A stretch of 64,000 bases of DNA from Trichodelitschia bisporula (taxonomy: Eukaryota): positions 558,001 through 622,000 of the forward strand of contig ML996704.1 in NCBI GenBank assembly GCA_010356995.1, written 5' to 3'. Below, piece after piece: positions 1-12,600 of the stretch. The translations under genes and the position numbers were made by a program. Every line of letters starts with the position of its first letter. The first letter of the stretch is position 1. The notes beneath the pieces are model-generated. The model made no database searches and had not been told where the DNA came from. It saw nothing but the letters and a program-made list of their open reading frames with translations.

Positions 1-788
1 AAGTCAACAGGTGGCTGCGCAAGGACAACGTCCCGGAGATTGATCTGCGAATCCTGAAATGGCGCATGACCATAGCATTTAGGTCACAAAGACGCTATGA
101 CGGTATTGAGCCCGAATCGTTGTGAGGAGGATGACTGAGTTCCGCCAGGTGTCCGCCAACGTGCCGAAGCAGCCGCCGAAACGGCTCTCGAATCCACAGA
201 GTTGGACATCCCACAGCTAGCGGAGGAAAGTGATATGGAGCTCGGAAGAGATGAAGAGCTCCGAGGAGGGGATGAGGGGGGGAGTGCAGGGTATCTAGCC
301 GGCGAGAGTTCCGCCGCAATGGGACGATGTAAGTATGGGCCTGCTAATAGCCGCGTCCATAGTCTCATTTGTTCCAGACGCTTATTACGATCCTGTCCGC
401 GATCGTTGACGCAAATTCGATGCCTTGAATTGGGATATCCGTTGAAGCTGATCATCCGAAGTTGTGGAGGCGCTGTGAAAATTATATGGTAGACCCCCTT
501 TTGGCAATATCATGTTGTGGATTATGGTACAGAGTTCAAGAATTGACATTCGGTTTCGGCATCGCGATAGGTCAATGACTGGCCGATGAGTTAGCTGATA
601 CCCGCATTTTGTACTCGCGAGAAAGGGGAAGAGCATGGTTGGCAGAAACTCAGGCTTGACAAAGATATCCGACATAGTACAAAGGTTGCTTGAGTCCATT
701 GGTATTCGTCTCATGTGTTTAATCAGTTGAGCAGTCTCTGACAGAAATGGACGACCCATGGGGGTATATGTCCCATATTCCCAGTCCC

Positions 789-3560
789 CTAAAACTTCTT
801 TTGCAAGACCTTCTTCAGGATTCCACTCTCATACTCCCATGCTTCAACCTTCGACTGACTGGTCATGACCTTCCCCAAGAGCCACCTCACCCGTCCTGCC
901 ACCTCCCCAGGCTGTCTCGGCAAGCCTCCCAGGGTCTTGAGTTCTGCTTCATACTTTTCGATGTTGCCATTCTCCGCTTTGATAAGTTGAGTCAAGATGG
1001 CCAGATCTAATCTCGCGCGGAGCACGTCGTCGGAAACCAAGCGCCGGAAAGCTGGAAGGTAGACCGGCTTGCCAGGCTTGATAGACGCCGGCCGGCCGTT
1101 AGGAGCCACAACGATGGAGATCAGTTCCGCCTGTTCCAGTGCCTGTAGGACAGCATCGCCGTCGGCTTTGAAGGTGTCATCAAGCAAAATCTCGTTGTAT
1201 CGCAGGCTCGCTTCCTGCTGTCCCAGCTTCTGGCCGTCCATAGGCTCACCCGCAGCCGCTAGCTTTTTGATCAGCAGCCATGCCTGCTCGGTTGACCACT
1301 TGCGCTCCCCGCTCACGGTCACATCATGCCCAAAGAGGTACACCTTCAAGATCTCGCTTGCAGACTGCTCGACAATCTCTCTAACAGCCTTTTTGGGGGT
1401 TTCTCCGGACTTGATCCGCCTGGCCAAGAACTCCAAGTCCGTCAGTCGTCCGCCTAGGGCATCGATGCATTCATCCAATTCTTGCAGGTCCCTTCTTTTC
1501 TGGGATGGGGAGATTTTTTTCTCTTGGTGCTCAGTGTCTCCGGGCTGAGCGGTACTCTCGCTGTCGATATGGGAGATCACAAATCGTTTCGCCGCGGAAG
1601 GCGAGCAGTCAGACAGTGAGATTTGACGGAATACCCGGCCTGGAAGTGCCTTGGAGAGGGATTTGGAGTACGCAACATCGTTGGTGAGAAAGATAACATG
1701 GGCAACATTGGCCGTCGTCAGATTCGCTGCCCTACAAAGCACGTTAGTAATGAACTGTGAGGCAAGAAGGCCAGCAGCAAACCATTCAGCAATTTTATCA
1801 TATACTTCGGGCTTCTCCTGGCTCTTATGCAGGAAGTTATCGATCACAACGACTGGGCGTCTCTCTGGGTACGCTTCGAGGTACTCGTCGTCGGTCATGT
1901 TTTTGTCCTTGTCATTGCCGTCTTTGTCTTGCAGTGCGATCTGCGACAGCGCGGTAGCTGTGTTGTTCAGAATTTTCCTCAACTGTGTTTCCAACGTCTC
2001 CGAAAACCCAGTCTTCATTCCTGCAGCACCTTGGGCGGCAAGGTCAATCCAACCACTCATACTGTTCATCCATGAAAACACAGGGCGGTATCCGACTTGG
2101 GCCGCCGTCGCAGCAATCGTCGGACCGTCACCGCGTGCCTCTTGAATTGGCTTGCAATCAACGATGAGCTTGAACTTGCGATTCTTGAGCGCCTGGTCAA
2201 CGACTAGCTCTCGCTTTCCAGCGCCACGAGGACCTTGAACAATGATGAAGGTATCAGCGGTTTCCATGAGCCAAGTCTGAATCTGCGTGATATTCGGCCG
2301 CCGGTCGTCCCAGATGATTTCCATACCAGTTTCTGCGGGCTTGTGTCGGAAGGAAAGGATGTCGGTGGCTTGAGCTTTGAACCAGCGATAAATCTTGTTG
2401 TCGGCAAAGTGGAGGGTTCGCAACACATGGATTCGTATGAAGAATGTGCGGATCCTACTAGTCGTTAGCCATCAGAAGACTGGGGAAAGGGGCTAGCTAA
2501 CGGATCGAAAACGGCGACCGTGATACCGGCGACAAGTGCTGCAAGGATCGGTATTACCAGTCGCGGATGATTGAAAATCCAATCTCGAATCCAATGCTGC
2601 TTTGCCTTTTCCTCATAGCTTAAGCGTAGAACAGTCCCAACTTTGCCTCCGCCTTTCTCAGGGCTCACGAGGTACCCGTGGAGGCAGTTCTTCGCCATTG
2701 TTGCACGCCGCGTGTTAGAAAATTCAAGCAGGGCGTACTTTGGAAGTATTTTGGAATCTGGCGGCTGTGAAACAATGTCCCTGAGCTTCCCAAAAGAGCG
2801 GAAGAAGCTGTAGAGTTGCTCCTGGGATAACTCCACAGCCTCCGCACCTGGACTAGGAGGCAGAAATTCGACCTTCAGCCTCGCGGTTGGCTGTCGATAA
2901 AGATCTTCAATCCATGGCTTTCCATGCACCACACTCGCGCGAATGCGTTCAAAGGGGTTCCACCATGGCTTGGGTCGTTTTTGCTCAAGGTAGTCTGTGA
3001 GGGCCCTTGCCACTTCCTGCGTAGAAGCATTTTCACTAAGCGAGTATTTGACAAACGCCCCGCCTTCCTTGAGGCGAGGAAGATACTCCGACACGCTGAT
3101 CGGAAGTTTCGCGTTCTCAATAATTTTCAGAGGATCTGAGCTGGACGAGCTGCGGCTCTCCAGCCGCTCCAGCCGTTCCATTAGCTTGGGGATAGATCTC
3201 TCCGGCTGCCACCATGGCAGGTTAACAAGCCATTGGAGGCGCAGAGGAAAAACATCTGTATAGACGTCAGGCGCGTACACGCATTTATCAGGATGGACAG
3301 ACTGTCGAAGTAGAGAATGCCTTCACGTGGCCCGGCAGCAATGTGTCCCGAATCGTTCTCTCCTGCCTCTAGTGAGACATGGCGAAAGGCGTCCCTTGAT
3401 CTTGCAAATGTCGACGGCAGGTGAGAACACCCTCTATGGAAAGTCAATTTCAATAACAAATGACCGGGCTTGTTACTGACGAAGTCACCGGCGTAGTGGT
3501 TCGTTGGGCCAAGAGATGGTAGCCGTTAGGGATGCGGCGTCCAAAGCGATTGGCGAACAT
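789..3560 (-). CDS. YME2: Mitochondrial escape protein 2 (Yme2/RNA12), spliced
   Basis: Arg-rich presequence MFANRFGRRIP from ATG 3560. RRM-like 'SQEQLYSFFRSFGKLRDIV', TM segment 'HPRLVIPILAALVAGITVAVFDP', and RNA12 P-loop 'IIVQGPRGAGKRELV' with 'VVVIDNFLHK'. Joins ORFs 3181-3459, 2465-3280 and 789-2426 through short introns. Confidence 0.93.
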
Positions 3561-3949
3561 GGCCGCAACTATTATAAGGCAAGTATTTGTGTAGGCATGC
3601 TCCTCACCGAGGATATGAGAGCACTACAAATGATGAAGTGTTGGAAAGCGAGCGCACAAGGACGGTTTCCAAGCTAGACGAACAAGAAAGAGGTCAGAAC
3701 ACGACGCTTGGCACGTATCCAAAGCCTGATATGCCTGAGCCAAAACATATTACGTCATGACGATGGGTGAACTCACAAATGCAGTGTGCCGCCTCGCTCT
3801 TTAGAGCCGCGAATGTAGAGATAGGGTTGCCCGAATATTTATTTAGTGAACCCCACGCCACTATTTACATCGTAGTACGCCTAACACCGAATCCATCCTG
3901 CCCCATCTCCGCAATCAACAGATATCCGAATATGTCTGGAACAACATCC

Positions 3950-5455
3950 TCAGCCCCGGTCACCACGAGCTCGGCGCTTGATCATCTTAGAGACAATCTC
4001 CCCAGCCGCCTGACCGGGAGCGCGTGTATGTGGGTTTGCGTAACTCCGGGCACGTTCCTCACTGACACCCTGGGGGGCAATCGTGTACGTGCGGACGACG
4101 TTATCAACACGGGCGCGATGGGCCTGGGAAGGATCCGCCAGAGAGTTTTCGCGAAGAATGTCTGCTTCCGTAGGCACACGAGAACTCGACTTGGTAGCGT
4201 TTGCGCCACTGATAAAACGGACATTAGCATTGAATCAACAAAAGAGGTTCACAGAACTTACGGCTCGTAGGTATCTTGCGGTGTCTGCTTACTACGGTAG
4301 TCCGCAGTGCGACGCAGAATGGGCCGCATCCAGTCCATCAAGAGCCGCTCAGCCTGGCGCTTGATGTTCGGCTCAGCCTTCGTCGTCTTGGTGTAGAAAA
4401 TTGCAACCTTTCCAATACCACTTGCAATGAGAGTGTCTCTAGTGATCGGGAGCTTTGCGAGGGCAGTGAACAGCTCACGCTGGATGGTGTATGACGGAAG
4501 GCTGCCGTCGTTGAGGGGTTCGAGGAAGAAGCGGATGGCTTCGATCAAGTTGATGTCAGGGTCAACCAGTGCGCCCTGGAGGACACTGCGTCCTAGAAGA
4601 TTCATGACTTCCGGAAGAAGCTTGAGCTTGTAGACTGCCGGTTTACCGGAGGAGCGCGCCATGAAGTCCTTCTGGGCCGCATCGACCATCCGCTGGCGCA
4701 TAGCTTCGATGTCCTTCTCACCGCGCTCAATGTATTTCTGCACATACAATTAGCCCGAGACACCATGATGCTCATATGTTCTTACCTTCTCCTCCTTCTT
4801 GGTCCATCGGCGGCTGCGGCTACTTTTGAGGAGCTCATCCATCTTTTGGTCCAGCAAATAACGTTTTCCTAAGTCATTAGAACGCCATCAAGCCATTGGA
4901 GTGTTACATACGGTCATCCTCAGTCATGTGCGCTGTCGGATCCTCCTGCGCCTTGGGTTCACCCTCCTTCCGCGCCGACTTCTTCTTTGATTGCTTCTGC
5001 TGACTGTTGTCTCCACCGGCCTCTGAGTCGTCTGGCTTCGACCGGCGCGACCGGGTAGACCGCCGAATCTGTTTCTTCTTGCGAGGCTGCGCTCCATCGC
5101 CATCAGCTCTCTTCCGCTTGTGTACACCGAGGAGATTCAAGTTAGATTCATCCACCACAAGAGCGGGGCGATCCTCAAGAGCAGCATGCTCATCGATGGC
5201 AACAGCGGTCGGATCGAAGTCTTTGAACTGGTCTTCATCGACGTCCGAAAGAGCAGACTCCGCATCCGAGTTGTCATCACGGTCGACTTCGTTGGTTCCC
5301 GTGAGCTCCATGTCCTCGTGCGGTTGAGTTACAGGAGGGGTTGGCGTAGAGTTCTCTTCCTCGATGCTGGGAGCTAACGGGTCGCCAGGATCGTGTCCAG
5401 CTTCGGGCATGTTAGCCATCGGAGGGGACTTCTCCGGAACTTCGAGGTCTTCCAT
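3950..5455 (-). CDS. IWS1: Transcription factor Iws1/Spn1 (TFIIS N-terminal-like domain), spliced
   Basis: Acidic N-terminus, conserved 'KLKLLPEV...FFLEPLNDGSLPSYTIQRELF...SGIGK...LLMDWMRPILRRTADYR', and C-terminal 'RARV...YTIAPQ'. Confidence 0.93.
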
Positions 5456-6544
5456 GGTGGCCGTTGAAGTTCGGTGTGAAGAATTGATCGTGCGGAAAAC
5501 AGTGAGTGCTTTTGCGTGGCTAGGGGTTGAAAATAAGTTGGTGGGTGGGTTGGAGAAGGAGGATCAAAAGGAGAGACCGCGATGCGAGCAGCCATACGGT
5601 AGCAGCGACGCGGCAATACGGCGCACGGGCCATGTGAATGTTGTGCCGGTGAGTAGTTTTTCCGGAGGCGAGCAAAAGTTGGCGGGCTTGGCACAAGAGG
5701 GTGACGGAGGAGATCGACGCCGCTTATACAGGCCTGAAGAGTGCTTGCTGTACGGGATTAGCTGTGGTCTTGCAATCGCCTTTGACCTAATCTTTGCTGA
5801 ACTGGATACCCCTCGCGCACTTCAATACGAGCTATTCTCCGTACACAGTATACAAGATGTTTGGTGGACGTAAGGCTCAGCCTCTTAAAATCTGGCGCCG
5901 CAAAGCTAACCGCCATTCACAGAGTCGTTGCCCTCCGAAGAAGCGATTAAGGTCATATATGGCGTCTCACCACTCGAAGGCTATGGTAGCTAACTCCGTA
6001 TACAGGCCATGGAAGTGGAAGCTTCCCAGACGATCAAGGCAACATTGGCCACTTGCGTTGTACTCTACCTTTGTAAGTCCGGTTCATCCCATCGTACTTG
6101 ACTCTGGCTGATTTATGTAGCGCCCTTTGTGATTGACTACGCTGCGAAGCTGTTCTAGCCTACCTGAACATGCGTACACACTGCTGCAAGAGACCGGGCC
6201 CTTTGCCCCAAAACTGCGGTGAAACCGCTTTTGCCATAGTTGCTGCATCATTGCAGTCGTGTTAGACGAATGAGCAGCAATGGCGCGTAGGAGGGAACAA
6301 GAGGAGTTCTCCACATTGTATCGGAGTTCATGGATTGTCACGCTCGCATCAGACATGGAAGGTGGACGGAACCAGGGCTCGAAAAGTTCCTCTTGATTAC
6401 TGTAAAATAGTATCGCTACTGCGTACATATTCAAGGTCAGAGAAACCGCCTCAAATACCGCTTGCAGCCCTAGACATCCGCAACGCCTCACCACCATAGC
6501 TCGAGACCGGAAGCATATGCAAATCAACTAGAGATACATGGGCA

Positions 6545-7672
6545 TCATCGACGAGCAGTCGATCCTTTGGTGGTTGGCTTTGTGGTAGCTTCCCAATCCG
6601 TAAAGTCCCTATTGATCATGTCCAGTTCACGCTGCAGATGGACCAGTTGAGAGTCATAGTCGCTCAGCAGCTACCGCAATGTTAGCATTTGCATGACAGA
6701 TAGAGTCCGGAATAGTACTGTACCTTCTTGATAGCCGCCATTTTCTCTTCATCGACGTCCTCAGAAGCCTCCCCAAACTGCTTGCCCATCTTCTGCGTCT
6801 CCTCCTTCAACATCTGTGCCCGTTCCATAACCACGCTGAGGCGAGCCCAGATCTCCTCCTGTCGCCCGTTGAGCACCGGATCAAAGGCAGTCCGCTCGAG
6901 CTGTGCCAGTTTGTACTTCAGTTCCTCTTCAGATGGACCTAGCGCATAGCCTCTGTTGCGTAAGACTTGAACCTTCCTAGCAAGGGAGAGACATCTAGAA
7001 CTCAGGGCCATGTGTTTTCTCCGCGCTTCCTGGGTCCGAACAGAGAACTTGAGATCATGCTCCTCGATGCGTTGCTTGAGACTGTCATTGATTTCGCCCA
7101 AACGACTGCGTAGCGCCTGAACTGCCTGGGCCTGGATCTTGATTCTGCCTGCCAGTCCACCATCACCAAAGCCCCGCGCCAGAACCGGGATGGAGCCTTC
7201 GCTTGGTTTCTTCTGCAGCGCCTCCTCCCATTTCTTCTCATCTTCCCAAGGCTGCGGCGTGAAGTACGGCGCAAGGGCAGGATTGACCTGGTTGTAGAAG
7301 TAGTGCTGGAAGACGCACTCAGGAGAGTCAGGCTGCCACTTCTCGAGGAGTATTTGCATCTGCTCCGGGACAGGTTTCTCACCTAACTTTGTTAGCACCG
7401 GTTACGGTAATCGTGGTCATAACATACGGGGATTTTGCACAGGCTGCCAAAGAGATGATCCTAGCCGAGACTGCCCAAGCTGAGGCAATTGAGGCTGCGA
7501 AGCGAGCATCGAGGCACCAGGTTGCGGTTGAGGCGCCACGGTGCTGCCAAAGAGACCGGACGGGTTCTGCTGCTGCTGCTGCTGAGCCTGGGTCGAGGCG
7601 AACAATCCGTTTGAAGCATTTTGAGCAGGCGCGGGCTGTTGAGACTTGAGGGGGAAACCGAAAAGGCTCTGC

Positions 7673-7714
<42 letters not shown>

Positions 7715-7887
7715 GGCTGCTGTAAAGCGGACCCAAACAGACCACCGGCTGCCGGCTGCTGTTGCTGCTGCTGCTGGCCTGCAGTTCCAAACAGACCGGA
7801 ATTCTGCTGTGACTGTGCCGGCGCAAGCGACAACCCGAACGCGCTCTTCTGCGGTTGAGCCGCAGGTACGCTAAACAGACTGGCCAT
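6545..7887 (-). CDS. NUP57: GLFG nucleoporin Nup57/Nup54 (Nup44), spliced
   Basis: Starts MASLFS at 7887 with GLFG/SLFG repeats and Q-rich spacers. Nup54 domain 'KWQPDSPECVFQHYFYN...KVQVLRNRGYAL'. Last exon ends TARR-TGA at 6545. Confidence 0.9.
7675..7713. repeat. (CTG)13 microsatellite encoding polyQ in NUP57
   Basis: 13 perfect CTG units read directly; CAG on the coding strand. Confidence 0.95.
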
Positions 7888-8244
7888 CAGGGCTATGAGG
7901 GGATCGTGGTAGATGAAATCGCTGGTAGAGTTACGGCAATATAGGCTGCTAGGGAGCCAGAAACCCAAATTTGTTGGCAAACAATGAAAGTTTTGATCGG
8001 ACGAACAACGAAAGGTGCGCGTCGGCGTAGATGGATGCTTGTTCGTGTTGTGAAGCTTGTGCCCAAACACGGCGCATTATCCAAACTCGCCAAGCAACTC
8101 GCTCGGCCGGGTTCTTTCCTGCACGGACCCAACTTGAACTTTTTGGCCAATCATTTCCCTACCGCCGACACTGACCTCCGCGTGCCGACAGCGCCCTGAA
8201 CGACGACGTCAAGATAGCTCTCTCGTCACCAGCTGCAATTCACG

Positions 8245-8909
8245 ATGGCGTCCAGGCAAGCTCGGTGAGTCGCTCCAGGCGTTCATACATAGTACTACTC
8301 TACTCCCCTCTAACATTGGCTTTGTAGTTTCAACCAGCAGGTCTTGATTGACACGACCCCGCTTCCCGATGATATCCCCAAGGTCAAGGAAATCGGTGCG
8401 AGCTCAGCTCCACTGATGAGCGCCTCCTTCTTCATCGGTGCTCGTTGTCGCCCTTACAATGATGACTACATGAAGTGCAAGGACGAGGCGAATGGCCGGG
8501 GTGAGCTCGACTGCCTGCGCGAAGGCCGCAAGGTTACTCGTTGTGCGGCAAGTGTGTATGTTGCGATCCCCAGCTCCAGCTTCCCCTAAACGACTTGAAC
8601 TATGCTCACCCCTTCCACAGCATCTCGGATGTAAATAAACACTGCCTTGTGGAATTCAGGAAGCATTGGGAGTGCCTCGAGAACCAGAATCAGCAGCTGT
8701 GGCAATGTCGAAAGTGGGAGCGTCCACTGAACAAGTGCGTGTTTGACAACCTAGTATGTAGCTCCCTTCCCTTCTCCGAATCGCGCTAAAACAGCCAGAA
8801 TCTGGAGAAGACGATCCCGGGGACCCCAGAGGGAGAGCAGCCTGTTCACCTCCGCGCGAAGCAGATCTACGCGAATCCGTTCATGGCCGGATTCTCTCGC
8901 GGCTCATAA
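8245..8909 (+). CDS. NDUFA8: NADH:ubiquinone oxidoreductase 20.8 kDa subunit (NDUFA8), spliced
   Basis: 'FFIGARCRPYNDDYMKCK...CLREGRKVTRCAASV' and 'HCLVEFRKHWECLE...CRKWERPLNKCVFD' give four CX9C motifs. Three introns; TAA at 8907-8909. Confidence 0.95.
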
Positions 8910-9684
8910 TGAGGGGTTAGTGGACATGTACTTCTAGTATTGTGCTGCAACTAGATGTGGCTCGCACTCACGCGTCTGCCTCATGTATTGCCTCGTCAAG
9001 ATAACTGGACTCCAGGTAGTCGTTTCTCGATCTGCCATGAGTGGTCACCCAGCTCAGATGCATGAGATATTCCTTACTGCTCGGAACGCAGCCGTGTCGC
9101 CCATTTGATCTAATCCTGTCACATCAGCCCACAATTGGAAGAACTTGCCGCAATGCAGTGCCCACGCACTGTCCAAACCTAGCAATGGCGCCTTCCACGC
9201 TCTGCGTAAGGAAGGGTTCCACCGGACTTGTCGAAGGAACTCTGGCCCGAAACGCAGCAGGCACCTGACGACAACGTCATGTCTGGTCGTGGTTGGTACA
9301 TATCGGAGGGAAGTGAAGGCACACTAGTTCTACTGCCTTCTTTGCCCAAAAATGCAAGAATTGCCAACAGATGCTCATTCGTTGCGTCCTACCTGCTATC
9401 ACGTCCCGTGGAACTTGGGGTGCTCCTCTGCTGTTAAAAGGACAATCTGCGCCGCGTCAAAGCATTTGAACGACTTGCTTTCCACTCATCTGTTCTCCTT
9501 AGTTCACGCCGTTGCCTCCGGTTTTGGTGTTTGGAATCGCATCAACTTCTTTCCGGTGTCCTGCTTTCTGAACTCGATCGTTCGTCCAATTTTGTGCACT
9601 CTTGAGCGTCGTTAGCTTTTCCGGTACGTCACTGAGATCGCTCCGTGCATTCTGCTGAGCCTGTCGCCAGTCTTCATCTCGCCG

Positions 9685-12600
9685 ATGGGGACCGAAAATA
9701 CGGCGAGCCGCCGAGCCCGCAGGAAGGAAAAGCAGAAGGAGAAGCGAGCGGCCCTGAATGAGGAAGTTTTTGAGCCTCCGCACACTCTGCAAGCTAGCTC
9801 CCCTTCCTCTTTTCCCGCAGCTTCGGAGTGCAACGCCGCCGCCAAAGAATCTGCCTCGGACCTTGCGACGCTGGCTCTCCGTCTTCGTCCAGCCCCTTCA
9901 AGGTCGCAAGGCAAAGATTCGGGTTCGCCTTCCCTAGGCAACGGAGAAGAACTCAACCCCCGGCCGAGTAAATCGAGTATCTCACAGACTCCCGGGACCC
10001 GGGACGCGAAGCAGATTCCCCCATCCCCCACCAAGAATCCACAGAAGCGATACACCTCTCCCACGAAGACCTCACAGAACAGAGCTTCCTCTCTCGTGAG
10101 GACATCACAAAGTAGATTCTCCTCGCCCCCGAAGACTCCGCAGGCGAGGACCCCCTCTCCCGCTAAGACACCGCAGGCGAGGACCGTCTACCCGGTGAAG
10201 AATCCCCAACCGAGGACCCCCTCCCCCGCGAAGACTCCGCACACGAAAACTCCCTCCCCCACGAAGACTTCGCAGCTGAGGAGCCCCCCCCCCGCGAAGA
10301 CTCCACAGGCAAAAACTCCCTCCACCACGAAGACTTCTCAACCGAAGAAGGCAGCTCTCGGCACTTCAGCTACGAAGAGTGGGAACACTTGGTCCACCAC
10401 TTTGAGGTCTTCATCTGCTGCGCGCCCCCTTCAGCGGCAAGGAGATTTACCTAGCGAGGGCTTGACGCAGGGAGTGAAAGAACCTTCATCGCTGCCCGTG
10501 AGTAAGCAATCGGATTGTCTGCGAAGACCAATACGAGGCGCGTTTTCGCTCAAGGATACGACTAAAAGCAAGACGCCTGGAGAGTCTTCACCTTCCAAAA
10601 CCCCCACCCTGAAGAGGTCATCAATGGTTGACATGCAACGCGGACATTCGTCAGGCGTGCAGCACACTCCATCAATAGCCAAGCCATTCGCATGGGGATC
10701 TCAACAATATTTATCACCAACCAAGCCATCTCCTGGCGCCTCTTCAACCAAGCCATCTTCCGGCGCCTTTTCAACCATGCGATCTCCTCCCGTATGCGAA
10801 CCCAGGCCACCTCCAGAAATCTTACCAACTAAGCCAGCTTCCGGAACCGGCAAGCAAGAGCCCTACGTATCCTCACCTTGGTCCGGCTCACGTCTGTCTC
10901 TTAGTTGGGGTCGCACCATGTCGACGTCTGTTCAGAGGGCATCAGCTACAGCAACTCTCAGACTCCTTTATTCTCAGGAAAACGCACTCAACCCGCCGCT
11001 ATCCCTCCCGAAGACTGCTCCCGCAGAACCACGGCAGATGCCCCTCGGGGCTAGCTCCGGGAACGCTCATCAGTCCTTACGGAGTCTCCTAGTTCGGACC
11101 AACTATCTACGGGTTACCAAGTTCCCTAAAACGCTATACCAGTATGAGGTCACACTCACGCCGGGTGCTAAGTCTGCAACCCATGTGAGCGTTTCTGCGC
11201 GTCGGGAAAAGGAGCAGGTTTTCAAGGGGCTTGGCAAGATGAAGGGGTTTCAAGATGCGACTTGGGCGACCGATCTCAACCGAGTGTGGTCCATTGCACC
11301 CCTCTGGGCCGATGGTTCCATTCCTACCAATCTGGAAATCCCCTATTCGAGTCAAACTGGATTTTCTCATGTTACTGCTGGAGCTTGCTTCACGCTTACC
11401 GAAGTCCACAAACTCAATGACCGCCCTCTCCCAGTGGAAGGTTTGAATGCGATTGTCATGAAACACGTCAGTGACTCCGCGAGCGGCGAACGTGTCCATC
11501 AGGTTGGCGCGAACAAATTCTTCCACAAGGACGACCGGTATACCATCAATGAGTCCCTCACAGCCATCAGAGGCTACTTCACGTCGATTCGTCCGGTTAC
11601 CAAGGGCGGACTGCTACTTAACGTCAATACATGCGCATCAGCATTTTTCAGACCAGTGACGGTTGCAACATACCTCCAGCACAATCGCAGTGGACAAGAT
11701 CAGCGCAAACGCGGTGAACAATGTTTAGCTCCTGGACAAGACTTAGTTGGTGTCCTCGTCCGGATCATTTACGATCGGGACCCGTTCTATGCGGAAAACG
11801 ATCCAAACATGGATGCCAGCAGCATCAAGGTGATCACTGAGGTCGGATACCCAAACCTAATCGAAGCTCAAAGGCTGAATGCCGATCTTAAAGGTATCTT
11901 GTTCCCTATTTCGTTTCTTCCGCTAATACTTCAGTCTTGAACGTGTCTGAGCTGTCACCAATACGCCTTTGTGTGAATCTCGGCTCGAAAACGAGGAAAG
12001 AATGGTATCATCCCGAGTGCCTTCAGATTTTGCCATACCAGCCTTTCACAAAACTGCTTCAACCTGGCAAAACCACATCAATGATCAAGTTCGCTTGCAA
12101 AAGGCCGGAGGAAAATCTTGACTACCTTCGCGCCTGGGGATTGAAACTGCTCGGCATCAACGACGAGAAGACGCGCAGCGTAAGTCAATTTTATCTGAGC
12201 GTCTCATGTGGAAAATGACAAGGGCCAGGTGATAAGGGACAAACTCGAGCTTGACATTGATCCTAAATTTCTCGAAATTTCAGCGGCAAGGCTCAGTCCT
12301 CCGAAAATATCTTATCGCGACGACAAAAAGTCGATCCAAGTCAGAGATGCTCAATGGAACCTCGCTGCCCCCGAGCAGTTCCCGGGAATGCATCCAGAGA
12401 TCACCCTACGTCTGCTCAACATTGCGCGCCAACCATCCGATGCTGCAAAACTAACCAAACTGAAGGGTTTCTATAATGAGTTCAGGAGCAAGCTGGTGGG
12501 CCATGGAATGAAAGTCAAGGCGGTTAGCGATCCATTGAAGTCCGATTATATCTCTTGGCTTCCATTACCGGCACAGGGCTGCGCCAGCAAGTTCAAACAG

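Noticed and set aside
1..780. ORFs 84-455 and 385-759 with an intron-like GCTAAC...CAG on the minus strand
   Set aside because: Could not build a continuous frame or recognise a family; the window edge limits context.
3629..3740. Box C (ATGATGA) and box D (CTGA) as a snoRNA
   Set aside because: No terminal stem or recognisable rRNA antisense element; these motifs are common by chance.
10024..10353. Regularly spaced repeats as a CRISPR array
   Set aside because: In-frame coding minisatellite with no spacers, in a eukaryotic gene, with no cas genes.
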